From the IMG/VR virus record IMGVR_UViG_3300049846_000430, positions 32,001 through 96,000 of that record: 64,000 bases of DNA; one strand, given 5' to 3'. Each line of letters starts with the position of its first letter. Position 1 is the first letter of the stretch. Under the pieces are notes generated by a model, which saw only the letters and a list, made by a program, of their open reading frames with translations, was not told the DNA's origin and did no database searches. The position numbers and the translations under genes were made by a program. Source of the stretch: a virus. Shown here piece after piece: positions 55,472-64,000 of the stretch.

Positions 55472-56469
55472 AGCTGAATTTTTTGGTTTAGAAACAAATA
55501 AGGTAGGCTATAATTTCTCTGTTCATAGTGATACTGAGCCATCTGGAGTGTGTCTATAAGACCTGTACCCCATTCTAACAAAGTATTCTCACTCACATCA
55601 AATACATAAACCTGATTGTACTTGTCAATCACCACAAATTTGCACATAATATCATAATCTTTTTCCTCTTCAGAAAGATTTTCATAGACAAGTCTTCCAT
55701 AGATAGCCATCTGGAGCCAGTAGTTGTAGAAATCTACGGTCTCTTTGAAATCCATAATGGTCTTGGAGGTTGTCTTCAAATCACAGATTATAACCTGCTT
55801 CTTCTGGTCATCCACCTTATAAAAATCCACAATACCTTTCAGGCCAAAGGGATAATCATTCAGTTTCTGAACCATTAAAGGCTGCTCAACATATGTCTTT
55901 ACAGGATCCAACTCAAAGTCTGTTTGATTGGATTCAAACAAAGCCATTACATCTTTGTTACTCTTAATTATATCAACCTGCTCTTGGCATCTTGCTAATG
56001 TATCAGGATCAATAATATCAAGAACACTAGAGTTCAAGAACTGCCAGTAAACATCATTCTCTGGTGTCTGAATTTTCTCAAGTCTTTTAAAATCTTCCTT
56101 CAGAGTCTGATAAAGATTCTCTGATTCTAATGCTTTAAGAATCAAATCAAGATGAGATGCCTCAGTAGATAACAATGATTCCGGCTTAAAAGGATTATCT
56201 TTCATTACCTGAAGAACTTTCTTAATAGAATCAGTGGGGACTTTAGATGGAGCCACATTGAATTTCTTATTCAAGTTCTGAGGTTCAAACAAAAGACAAT
56301 GGATGAGTTTACCTTCTACAAGGTGCTTGTCTGTTCTCTCTTCCTTTTCACCAAGGATATAATCCCGGTAAAATAGGGTAGGGGAAAACAAAAGCTTGTT
56401 TAATGATGAGTAACTAAACTGGAATTCTTTTGAATAGAATTCTTCTTCTTTCACAAAATCTCTTTTCAT
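55468..56469 (-). CDS. PD-(D/E)xK (RecB/Cas4-like) nuclease
   Basis: FSYSSL...GKLIHC...E...LKGIVD...ICDLKTT...YWLQMAIY. Confidence 0.85.
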   Translation of the reverse strand: MKRDFVKEEEFYSKEFQFSYSSLNKLLFSPTLFYRDYILGEKEERTDKHLVEGKLIHCLLFEPQNLNKKFNVAPSKVPTDSIKKVLQVMKDNPFKPESLLSTEASHLDLILKALESENLYQTLKEDFKRLEKIQTPENDVYWQFLNSSVLDIIDPDTLARCQEQVDIIKSNKDVMALFESNQTDFELDPVKTYVEQPLMVQKLNDYPFGLKGIVDFYKVDDQKKQVIICDLKTTSKTIMDFKETVDFYNYWLQMAIYGRLVYENLSEEEKDYDIMCKFVVIDKYNQVYVFDVSENTLLEWGTGLIDTLQMAQYHYEQRNYSLPYLFLNQKIQL

Positions 56470-56666
56470 TTCATTACGGGTAAACCCAATTGTTTTGCTG
56501 CATAGTTAATATGCTTTGTTGTTGTCATGGACCAGTAGCCAAGAGGTCTTACATAGTTATTAGTAACTACTGCTACTTTGGTTCCATACGAAAATATAAA
56601 CTTATCACCACGGTCTTCAACCATTTTTAAGTTTTCTTTGTACTTAGGGAATGTTTTAATAGTCAT
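56466..56666 (-). CDS. Small hypothetical protein
   Basis: FSYGTKVA...YWSMTTTKHINYAA; ATGA-coupled. Confidence 0.65.
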   Translation of the reverse strand: MTIKTFPKYKENLKMVEDRGDKFIFSYGTKVAVVTNNYVRPLGYWSMTTTKHINYAAKQLGLPVMK

Positions 56667-56672
56667 AATTTA

Positions 56673-56717
56673 AAGGAGTGGGTGAGCCGAAGCCCACCCA
56701 ATACTATGGCACTCCTT
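56673..56717 (-). other. Structured intergenic RNA hairpin with a C(UUCG)G tetraloop
   Basis: - strand TGGGTGGGC-TTCG-GCTCACCCA, extendable by AAGGAG/CTCCTT pairing. Confidence 0.65.
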
Positions 56718-57852
56718 AGAATGGAACAAGAGATTTAACCAATCTGTCCTGATACTTTGGATTGAGTTTGATTGCATCTAAAGAAATTGAGAATGCTCTT
56801 TCTTTTTCATTCGTACCAAGTGTGGTACATATGACATTTTCAAAGAACAATCTTGCTGATTCTTTAAAAGCAAACTCAGTCAAAGCTTTATCTCTTGATA
56901 AGTTATAAATCAAAGCATTATAAGAATGGCTGTTAGAGAAATAACTTCCGCCCATATAGTTTGAGAATTTGGTTCTCAAGACTTTAAAGGCCACACTATT
57001 ATAATTCTTTGATGACTTTAACTTTTCAGTGTTGAAATAAAGAAGCAATGCAAGCTTGTCAAATGATGTCTCAATGTTAGTATTACTCATAATACTGATT
57101 GCCAGACTTCTGTCTTCATCACTTGCATAGATCATCTTCTTGATATTTTCATATCCTTCTTCATCCAATGTATGCAATTGCTTATCAGCAAACTTATACA
57201 CATGAGTATCAGCAACAAGTTTACTGCTACCAAGCATTGCTTGTATAGCAATATTTGAAGAATGAGAAATATAACCAACAGATTTCCAATCAAAAGAATG
57301 TTCAAAAGATCTGAGTGCAGGTTTTGATGCATGGCTGGAGTTCCAATGACCTCTGAAAGTAAAATCAACAAGATCTTTTTTATCAAACATACTCAATGTA
57401 TGCACCATGTTGTGAAATGCGGTATCTTCAAAATACTGTTTTGTTTTTATAATACCTTTTAAAAATTCACCAACATTTGCACTCCTACAGTGTCTTGTCC
57501 ATTCAACCATGTTAGAAAAAGTTTTCAATGAAACAATCTCATAATCTGCAGTACTTGCTGTTTTTACAAGTTTGCAATCATATGTTTCTTTGATCATGTT
57601 AAACTTCTCTCTAGGAAGATTCACGTCTGAATGCCTATAAAAGCTTTTACCTTTTATATCATCTTCAGATGGAGTCATAAGCTTGTTAACAAGGTTTATG
57701 TAAAATGGTGTATTCACAATATCAAAACCGTATCTTCCACCACCATATACAACATAACCTAAATCTTTTATAAGAATGTTTCCATCACCAATAAGTTGAT
57801 GGTCACCCAAACCATTAGTATTAATTTCTAAATCAATTATTTTTTGCTGCAT
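56716..57852 (-). CDS. Hypothetical protein associated with MoxR-VWA (BRCT-like segment plus a shared helical motif)
   Basis: 378 aa; appears paralogous to 57833-58888. Confidence 0.6.
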   Translation of the reverse strand: MQQKIIDLEINTNGLGDHQLIGDGNILIKDLGYVVYGGGRYGFDIVNTPFYINLVNKLMTPSEDDIKGKSFYRHSDVNLPREKFNMIKETYDCKLVKTASTADYEIVSLKTFSNMVEWTRHCRSANVGEFLKGIIKTKQYFEDTAFHNMVHTLSMFDKKDLVDFTFRGHWNSSHASKPALRSFEHSFDWKSVGYISHSSNIAIQAMLGSSKLVADTHVYKFADKQLHTLDEEGYENIKKMIYASDEDRSLAISIMSNTNIETSFDKLALLLYFNTEKLKSSKNYNSVAFKVLRTKFSNYMGGSYFSNSHSYNALIYNLSRDKALTEFAFKESARLFFENVICTTLGTNEKERAFSISLDAIKLNPKYQDRLVKSLVPF

Positions 57853-58888
57853 AATACTTTCTGTATTGAGGTTTTAACTCTACTTTAAAAATGTACAGGT
57901 CCCTGTTTTCAATCCTGATATCTTTCCGTACAATATGTTCCAAGAACTTAAATGAAACTGAATCAAGCTTGTTATTTTCTTCAAGCCATTGAATCATTTC
58001 CAAAGCATCCTTATACCTGAAATCACTGTACCCTGATACATCCATCCAGTACTGCACATCTTTGTTTTTATTAAAGACATACATTCTTGAGTGAGTATCC
58101 TTAGCAAAATCCCAGAGTATATGATAGTTCTTTGTGTAATCAATTGTTGGAATAATCTTACCAGCAATATCTCTATCATCACTGTTAGAGGAGTTGATGT
58201 ATCTCATGAGATCTATCTTAAGTTCTTCTGTTAGAACAATCTTATTTGCAGAAGCATTCACAATAGACTCAGCATCATACACATCATACTTACCAGATTC
58301 AATTAGATAAGCAAGATTTAAAGCAAGACCGGTAATCATGTACCTATCATGAACTGTATAATCTGTATCTACATACCAGGATCTAACACCAAAGGGTATA
58401 TACTTATCATCAAGCAACACACTGGTGTTGTTAAGACTAAGCCAACGGTCTGTAAATGGATGCTTGCCTCTTGTACTTGTCATTACGTCATAGTTCCAGA
58501 GACTACCCATCATTGCTGTAGTAAGAATAGGATCACCATTTCTAAAAGTCTTGTAGAAATCATCATGTGTGATAATAAAATCAGCTGCTTCATAATCATT
58601 TGTAACAGTGATCTTATGTTCTTTAAGAGCGGCTTTGATTCTATCCTGAGACACAGGACATAAGGGAAGAATGAATGCTTTCTTTTTACTTCTGAATGTT
58701 GTATCATCCAGAGTATTTGTACTCAAAATATCCCTGATTTTCATATAAACACCATCATTTGATGTAACTAGCACTTTCTCAATTGCATCACCAGCATTGG
58801 ATAGTACCCCCAAATAGGAGGCACCATCCAATCCATAGTGAGTTAATGCAGTGCTATCATAAGTCTGATAAACTGATTTACTTGCCAT
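57833..58888 (-). CDS. Hypothetical protein associated with MoxR-VWA (BRCT-like segment plus a shared helical motif)
   Basis: 351 aa; TAATG-coupled to the ATPase gene. Confidence 0.6.
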   Translation of the reverse strand: MASKSVYQTYDSTALTHYGLDGASYLGVLSNAGDAIEKVLVTSNDGVYMKIRDILSTNTLDDTTFRSKKKAFILPLCPVSQDRIKAALKEHKITVTNDYEAADFIITHDDFYKTFRNGDPILTTAMMGSLWNYDVMTSTRGKHPFTDRWLSLNNTSVLLDDKYIPFGVRSWYVDTDYTVHDRYMITGLALNLAYLIESGKYDVYDAESIVNASANKIVLTEELKIDLMRYINSSNSDDRDIAGKIIPTIDYTKNYHILWDFAKDTHSRMYVFNKNKDVQYWMDVSGYSDFRYKDALEMIQWLEENNKLDSVSFKFLEHIVRKDIRIENRDLYIFKVELKPQYRKYYAAKNN

Positions 58889-60165
58889 TACTTAATTGTC
58901 ATTCTGATGATGTTTGGATCCATCATCATCTTGTTAAATTTCTGTTTGTTACCGTTAAAGATTGTTCTCACAACGAGATATTTCAAATCATTTGTGAAAT
59001 AATCCTTAGTGCACAAAGCAATCAACCTGTTGGTGATCTTGTCACTGATGGTGTTATCTTTAGAATACACCACAGCAAAGTTTGCCAACCTGGTTGCCAG
59101 AGTAGATGCAATATCTGCACGATAGCTGTCACCCTTACCTATGCAAGACTCAAGCTGATTGAGAATGTTTTGCTCATTCTCAGCCAACATCAAATCTTTA
59201 GGTGTTACCAGTTTGTCAAGCTTGTTGTTGATAAACGTGGTGAACATACTTGCAAATGTGTCACCAACAGAACCTTCACCAATCATTTGAATCATGCTCA
59301 AGTTAGATTCAAAATCTGCAAAGCTTGAGATAGAGTTAAAGAATGTGGTGATAGATCTTGAGTTTGTTTCTTGAGTAACAAGCTCAGGATGCAACAACAG
59401 GAAGTTGATACAACGGGTATCAATGCCGGCTTCTTCTGCCCATCTAGCCCATACATTAACATCATACTTCAGATTAGCAGTGATGTATCTGGTCTTTTGA
59501 GCAGCATCAATACTGTTAACCATATAGTCACCATTGTCTGGGTTTGCTGTCAGGATGATGTGCCAATCTTTAGGAAGAGACCAAGAGATGTAAGTCTGAC
59601 GGTCAATCAATTCCATCACGGCCTGAATGAATCTGGTATCTGCACGGTTCCAGTCATCAAGCAAAAGAATGCCACCTTCTTTCTTATCTGCAATCCATTC
59701 CGGAGCACAGTATGACATCCTGTTCTTACCAGTCATCTTATATCCATTCTTCAGATACTCAGCAACAGCAAGTTCATCTACCCACAAACCAATCTTCTTA
59801 ACCTGACCTTCACCAAGTTTAGCCATATCACTAGAAGCAGCTTGCCTCTGTGCAGCAGTAAAGTTTACTTGCTGAGCCTCTTCTGCAGAAGGAGTTACTC
59901 TTGTTTCCTTGTACATCTGAAACTGACGGACAGGAAAACCAACCAGGTCACCAAGCTCCTCAATCTGAGCCAAGTTTAACTTAACAAAGTTGAGGTTGTT
60001 TTCTTTAGCAATCTCAATTACAGTTGAGGTTTTACCAATACCAGATTCTCCAAGTACCTCAATGGATACGGGATTTTTACCTTGTGCTTGCAGGAAGCGG
60101 TTGTTCTTAATGATGTGATTTACAAAGCCCTTGAGCTCATCAATGTTTAAATTTACGTTTGCCAT
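58888..60165 (-). CDS. MoxR-type AAA+ ATPase
   Basis: Walker A GESGIGKT, GDLVGFP, Walker B LLLDDWNRA, TANP sensor, DAAQKTR arginine finger. Confidence 0.88.
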   Translation of the reverse strand: MANVNLNIDELKGFVNHIIKNNRFLQAQGKNPVSIEVLGESGIGKTSTVIEIAKENNLNFVKLNLAQIEELGDLVGFPVRQFQMYKETRVTPSAEEAQQVNFTAAQRQAASSDMAKLGEGQVKKIGLWVDELAVAEYLKNGYKMTGKNRMSYCAPEWIADKKEGGILLLDDWNRADTRFIQAVMELIDRQTYISWSLPKDWHIILTANPDNGDYMVNSIDAAQKTRYITANLKYDVNVWARWAEEAGIDTRCINFLLLHPELVTQETNSRSITTFFNSISSFADFESNLSMIQMIGEGSVGDTFASMFTTFINNKLDKLVTPKDLMLAENEQNILNQLESCIGKGDSYRADIASTLATRLANFAVVYSKDNTISDKITNRLIALCTKDYFTNDLKYLVVRTIFNGNKQKFNKMMMDPNIIRMTIK

Positions 60166-60168
60166 AGT

Positions 60169-61329
60169 TTAGTTTAATTTGATTGTTTTTCCAGGTAAAT
60201 GATCTGTCTCAGGAGATACACTGCTAAGAACCCAAAGGGTATTCTTAGGACAGTTATCAGGTGCAGAACATTCACCATCAGTTAAATATATGAGGGCAGT
60301 ATAACGCCCGTGTTGATTAAAATGGTCAATAACAGGTTGGAAATCAGTCCCACCTCTACCTTTGACTTCAAATTCCTTTTTAGGATTGAAATCTTCTACT
60401 GAGTTTAGTCTTGAATCACACTGAGCTACGGTAATCTTGTGACCGGTTTTATGCATGTGATGCAATTCACTCAAGAATTCTTTCAGCTCATCATTGTTTA
60501 CAGATCCTGAAGTATCTATACCCACAAGGATATGATTCTTAAACTTGATCTTCAAACCAGGATTCTCAATATATCTCTTATTGAATTTCCTTCTGAGCTT
60601 TTTAGTGTACGTGATAGTTGAATTACCTACAAACCTTCTAAGATATCCTTTCCAGTCAAACTTTGGAGGTTCAACATGGAACAATCTTTCTAGAATGCCA
60701 GCCAACTCACCAGGAACAGTCCCTCTTCTTTTCTCAGTTTGTTCTGCAACTTCTTTCAGTTGGTGTTCAATTTGCTTTTGAACCAACTTCTTATCTGCTT
60801 CAGACAACTGATCAAAATCTTCCCAACCGGGATGACAATAAGGACTGTTACCATCCATTTGATCCAATAAAGAATCCAAAGACGGGGATGTACCATCTTG
60901 TTGTGCTTGTTGTAGTAAGTCATAATAAGTATCAGTACCTGCTTTTGCAGGAAGATTCAACTCAGGAAATCTGTCCAAAGTCAAACCACCTTCTGGAAGA
61001 AAGTCAGCATCTATGTACTGATTGATTTCCAAATCTGCGGCAATGTTGAACAGTTTCTTATCAGGATACAAATCACCAGTCATAAGATGCCCAAAAGAAA
61101 TATGAAGAAGCTCATGCTTAATCAAACCAATTCTGTGTTTTTCACCAAGACCCATAAAGAAGTCAGGGTTAATTACAAGCTGGGCACCAATGCCGTGTTT
61201 CTTAACACCGGCTGTTGGGATTGTTTTTAGATAAGACTTATTCAGCCCTATAAGGAAGAGACCATAGAATGGCTCATCCAGAATTAAAATTTTAGAGGTT
61301 CTTGAAACCTCATCTATAACATGTTGCAT
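60169..61329 (-). CDS. Metallopeptidase-like plus VWA domain protein (DUF2201 type)
   Basis: HELLH, NIAADLEIN; MIDAS residues DTSGS, GGTDF, YLTDG. Confidence 0.88.
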   Translation of the reverse strand: MQHVIDEVSRTSKILILDEPFYGLFLIGLNKSYLKTIPTAGVKKHGIGAQLVINPDFFMGLGEKHRIGLIKHELLHISFGHLMTGDLYPDKKLFNIAADLEINQYIDADFLPEGGLTLDRFPELNLPAKAGTDTYYDLLQQAQQDGTSPSLDSLLDQMDGNSPYCHPGWEDFDQLSEADKKLVQKQIEHQLKEVAEQTEKRRGTVPGELAGILERLFHVEPPKFDWKGYLRRFVGNSTITYTKKLRRKFNKRYIENPGLKIKFKNHILVGIDTSGSVNNDELKEFLSELHHMHKTGHKITVAQCDSRLNSVEDFNPKKEFEVKGRGGTDFQPVIDHFNQHGRYTALIYLTDGECSAPDNCPKNTLWVLSSVSPETDHLPGKTIKLN

Positions 61330-61332
61330 ATG

Positions 61333-61719
61333 TTACCATCTTAGTTTTATTTCAATGCTTTTAATAAACTCATTATCTGGATTCAGAAACGGAGAATGCA
61401 TTCTCATTACATCATTTGCAATGTAGTATTCAAAGCAATCCTTAAAATTCTTAGGAGGATTCTTTTCTGCAAGTGCACGGTAATAATCAGTTATTCTTGT
61501 ATGTACTCCAGCAAATGACATTTGTTCTGCTTTCTGTTTCACACGGTTTATAAACTCCAATCTTCTATCTAATACCAATTGTCTGATAAAAATTATAAGA
61601 TAGGGCTCATAAAGATCCATGTTTATTATAGTCTCAACTGCCAAATTAAAATCCTCTTCTGAGGCATTCAGCATTTTGAGAAGGTTTTTGTATTCTTCTA
61701 GGGTAAGTTCATTATTCAT
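61333..61719 (-). CDS. Small helical protein sharing a motif with the two genes downstream of MoxR
   Basis: LTLEEYKNLLKMLNASEEDFNLA. Confidence 0.65.
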   Translation of the reverse strand: MNNELTLEEYKNLLKMLNASEEDFNLAVETIINMDLYEPYLIIFIRQLVLDRRLEFINRVKQKAEQMSFAGVHTRITDYYRALAEKNPPKNFKDCFEYYIANDVMRMHSPFLNPDNEFIKSIEIKLRW

Positions 61720-62113
61720 CTAATGAAAAGTATTCAATATTGTCACAGTTAAGCAACTCTATGTAAACACCGGGGTTGGTTTTATCATACACATACTCAA
61801 TAAAGACAGGGATGATTACATCTGCATTGTCATCAGTAATCCAATCATAGTTAACCATATCATCCTGAACAGTTTGTGCAGGATTAATGTAGTCAAACTT
61901 GTGTTTACTGTTTCTTACAAATGTGAATCCCACTCTTACTGGTTGTTTGCACTTTGCAAAAGCATCTCTGAATTCTTGAGCATACTGCTCATAGAAAGCT
62001 TTTGAATTCTTTCTGTAATTCATTACACTTTTACTTGCAATAAAGTATTGACCGGTCCACCGTCTTCCATTCTTACTACTTGGAACATTACCAGGTATAA
62101 ACCATTTTGCCAT
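61712..62113 (-). CDS. RusA-like Holliday junction resolvase
   Basis: IPGNVPSSKN...FDYIN...VQDDM...WITDDN...PGVYI matches the RusA D-x2-N...D...DD layout. Confidence 0.7.
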   Translation of the reverse strand: MAKWFIPGNVPSSKNGRRWTGQYFIASKSVMNYRKNSKAFYEQYAQEFRDAFAKCKQPVRVGFTFVRNSKHKFDYINPAQTVQDDMVNYDWITDDNADVIIPVFIEYVYDKTNPGVYIELLNCDNIEYFSLDE

Positions 62114-62116
62114 TTC

Positions 62117-63082
62117 TTAGGGATTTAAAATTGATTTTAACAAAGGCTTCAACTCTTCATGAGTTCTCTGCACACCAAACTTTTTTACAGCATCTGACAC
62201 ATCTTTATCAAGACTAAGAGCACAACCATTGATACTATACAATTCTTTGTATCTCTCAATTGCTTTTGTACCTGCTTCATCATTGTCAAAGAGAGTCATC
62301 ACTTTCTTATATCTATCACGAAGATACTCAATAAGAAAGGGTTTTATGATACTATTCTCACTATCTGGTGCAATCACTTCTATGTTATAACCAAAACTCT
62401 TCAGGCACATGGCATCTTTTAAAGATGAACATATTACCAGATAAGGTTGGTTATACTTCAATTGGTCTAGACCTTGTACATAAGAAGATACTTTTATGAA
62501 TTTCTTATTCTTGTTGTACGGCTGATAGACCTTGTATATTTCATCATGCTTGTTGAAATAACCATAGATATAAGAACCTTTGATTGTGATTCTCTCAGTG
62601 TCTTTTTCCATCTCATAATACTCTATGGGACGGACATTGTACTCTTTTAGAATCTTGGAACCAATGTTAAAATCTAACCAATACTTTGCATCATGCTCAA
62701 ACCACGGGCGTTCTTGCACAAAGCCTACACCCCAGGACTCTTCAATCTTTATCTCTGATTTAACAGAACCATTCTTTTTGACATACTTGTTGTAGTCATC
62801 AATAAGTTTGGTTACTGCCTCACCATAAGACATGTTGAACAATATCATTACAATATCAATCTTGCTGCCCTGTTTACCAGTTGAAAAGTCTTTAAACTTG
62901 TACTGCATAACAGACTTGTCAACATAGATACACATGCTGGGTGTTTTCTCACTAGGATTGAATATTGACCTGATCTTTTCTGTTTGACCTGTGAGTGGTC
63001 TATCTAAGTTTAGATAATAATGGAACACCCAATAACTTGGAACCTGTGATTCATGAATAATGAGATTCTTTGTGCTCAGCAT
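62117..63082 (-). CDS. DNA primase (TOPRIM, crAss-like)
   Basis: Degenerate Zn-finger region (SIFNPSEKTPS...FKDFSTG), ICSSLKDAMCL, FDNDEAG, KDVSD. Confidence 0.8.
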   Translation of the reverse strand: MLSTKNLIIHESQVPSYWVFHYYLNLDRPLTGQTEKIRSIFNPSEKTPSMCIYVDKSVMQYKFKDFSTGKQGSKIDIVMILFNMSYGEAVTKLIDDYNKYVKKNGSVKSEIKIEESWGVGFVQERPWFEHDAKYWLDFNIGSKILKEYNVRPIEYYEMEKDTERITIKGSYIYGYFNKHDEIYKVYQPYNKNKKFIKVSSYVQGLDQLKYNQPYLVICSSLKDAMCLKSFGYNIEVIAPDSENSIIKPFLIEYLRDRYKKVMTLFDNDEAGTKAIERYKELYSINGCALSLDKDVSDAVKKFGVQRTHEELKPLLKSILNP

Positions 63083-63085
63083 AAT

Positions 63086-63116
63086 TAAAAGAAAGGGGGA
63101 TATTACTCCCCCCTTC
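63086..63116 (-). terminator. Rho-independent terminator/attenuator
   Basis: - strand AAGGGGGA-gtaata-TCCCCCTT-TCTTTT. Confidence 0.65.
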
Positions 63117-63123
63117 TATAAAA

Positions 63124-63798
63124 TTATAAATCAAAATCAGAACCAGGTGCCTCTGTAGTAAAAGGATTAAAGTCATCAACAGGTGCTGATGCTTTCTTCT
63201 GAAGAGGTTTGATGTGTTCTTCTTTGTTGAACTTAAGAAGTCTTGAGTTTTCAACATCAAGAGCTTCCATTGGAGTTCCTTCTTTGGATGGTCTTGGCAG
63301 GAACAGGTCATAGTTTACATAACCTTCTTTGTTTTCCCACTCACGACCACCAACACATGCATTAAAGAACTTGCTATTACCAAGAATCTTACTGCAAGCA
63401 GCAATGAATTCTTCTATAGTCTGTGCCTGGATGGTGTCCAGTTCTTCTCTCTTGCCAGTTGTCTCAGCTATGAGAACCATTGCTTTCAGAATCTCAGTAT
63501 CCCTACTGATAGTTCTACCGGTAGGAAGAGTTGTATCCTTAAAAGGATAAGGACTCATCCTTACTCTACCAACCTGACCTTCATAACGGGGGCCTGTTGG
63601 GTTGTTCTGTTCTTTCAGAAAACCTTCAAAGTCTCCGCCAACAGGCTGACTTTCTACATGCAGCATTACATTGAATGCTTCCTTGTCATAAGGAGTTTGT
63701 TCTAAAGTAACAGAGTTGATTCTGATTACCTGATTGCCAGGACTGATCACTGGTTTTGCTTTACCACTACCCGTGGTGATGTCTTTTGTGTTAAACAT
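63124..63798 (-). CDS. Putative single-stranded DNA-binding protein
   Basis: 224 aa, beta-rich, with an acidic/aromatic tail (DDFNPF...SDFDL); lies between an AAA ATPase and the primase. Confidence 0.5.
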   Translation of the reverse strand: MFNTKDITTGSGKAKPVISPGNQVIRINSVTLEQTPYDKEAFNVMLHVESQPVGGDFEGFLKEQNNPTGPRYEGQVGRVRMSPYPFKDTTLPTGRTISRDTEILKAMVLIAETTGKREELDTIQAQTIEEFIAACSKILGNSKFFNACVGGREWENKEGYVNYDLFLPRPSKEGTPMEALDVENSRLLKFNKEEHIKPLQKKASAPVDDFNPFTTEAPGSDFDL

Positions 63799-63811
63799 AA
63801 ACTTTAATTAA

Positions 63812-64000
63812 TTATTCATTTTCGTACTTCAAGATAGCCTGTCTCACATATTCCAAATCATTTCCAATCATTGGCTGTTCAAACATTCCCATAGGGGACT
63901 TACATGTATTCTCACCATTATTTTGGGTTTCAAATACATAAGCAAGAGTACCATCTTCTTTCTTTATAATGCGGGCAAACAGAACAATTGAGAACAAACC
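63812..64000 (-). CDS. C-terminus of an AAA_24/Sak4-like ATPase (truncated by the window edge)
   Basis: GLFSIVLFA...YVFETQ...TCKSPMGMF...IGNDL pattern. Confidence 0.65.
   Translation of the reverse strand, partial: GLFSIVLFARIIKKEDGTLAYVFETQNNGENTCKSPMGMFEQPMIGNDLEYVRQAILKYENE

Noticed and set aside
55468-56469. Cas4 as part of a CRISPR adaptation system
   Set aside because: It lacks the four-Cys Fe-S cluster pattern and has no cas neighbours or array; an ordinary phage PD-(D/E)xK exonuclease explains it.
1-64000. Stop-codon reassignment (TAG or TGA), known in some crAss-like phages
   Set aside because: Genes up to 15.7 kb are uninterrupted in the standard code and coding density is near complete. 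TGA is used as a real stop in ATGA overlaps. I noticed no TAG stops in the genes checked, but there is no fragmentation that recoding would fix.
1-64000. CRISPR array, tRNA or rRNA genes, integrase, transposase, reverse transcriptase/DGR
   Set aside because: No regularly spaced nucleotide repeats, cloverleafs or relevant catalytic motifs were seen, and the intergenic gaps are mostly too short.

Overview
This 64 kb window comes from an AT-rich, densely coding tailed bacteriophage of the crAss-like (Crassvirales-related, Bacteroidota-infecting) type, read in the standard genetic code. Two blocks converge. The + strand (1-48518) carries late and virion genes: the end of a probable tail/stabilization protein, four modular probable cargo proteins (608-13677), and three giant proteins. 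One giant protein is a 5222-aa virion RNA polymerase with a DFDID catalytic loop and a zincin domain. After these come about 13 small lysine-rich proteins, beta-rich or lectin-like structural proteins and a lysis cassette with a GH19 endolysin. The - strand (48566-64000) carries replication and metabolism genes: family B DNA polymerase, primase, PD-(D/E)xK nucleases, dNMP kinase, a DUF932-like protein and a MoxR AAA+/VWA module. The most striking unexplained pattern is a short di-glycine motif, [MYFKA]-[QKAR]-x-G-G, often doubled as xxYGG-x-L-x-K-[YAF]-Q-x-G. It occurs about 35 times by eye in the four cargo genes and the small basic proteins. It sits at the borders of unrelated passenger domains (ADP-ribosyltransferase, zincin, peptidoglycan-binding modules, a His-rich helical domain). 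This suggests a protease-cleavage or packaging signal defining a modular polyprotein cargo system. Other points of interest are three proteins around the MoxR-VWA pair that share a helical motif, a shared TAAAC-N7-GTTTA palindrome, and a possible double spanin set. All calls are from motif reading by eye; no searches were run.
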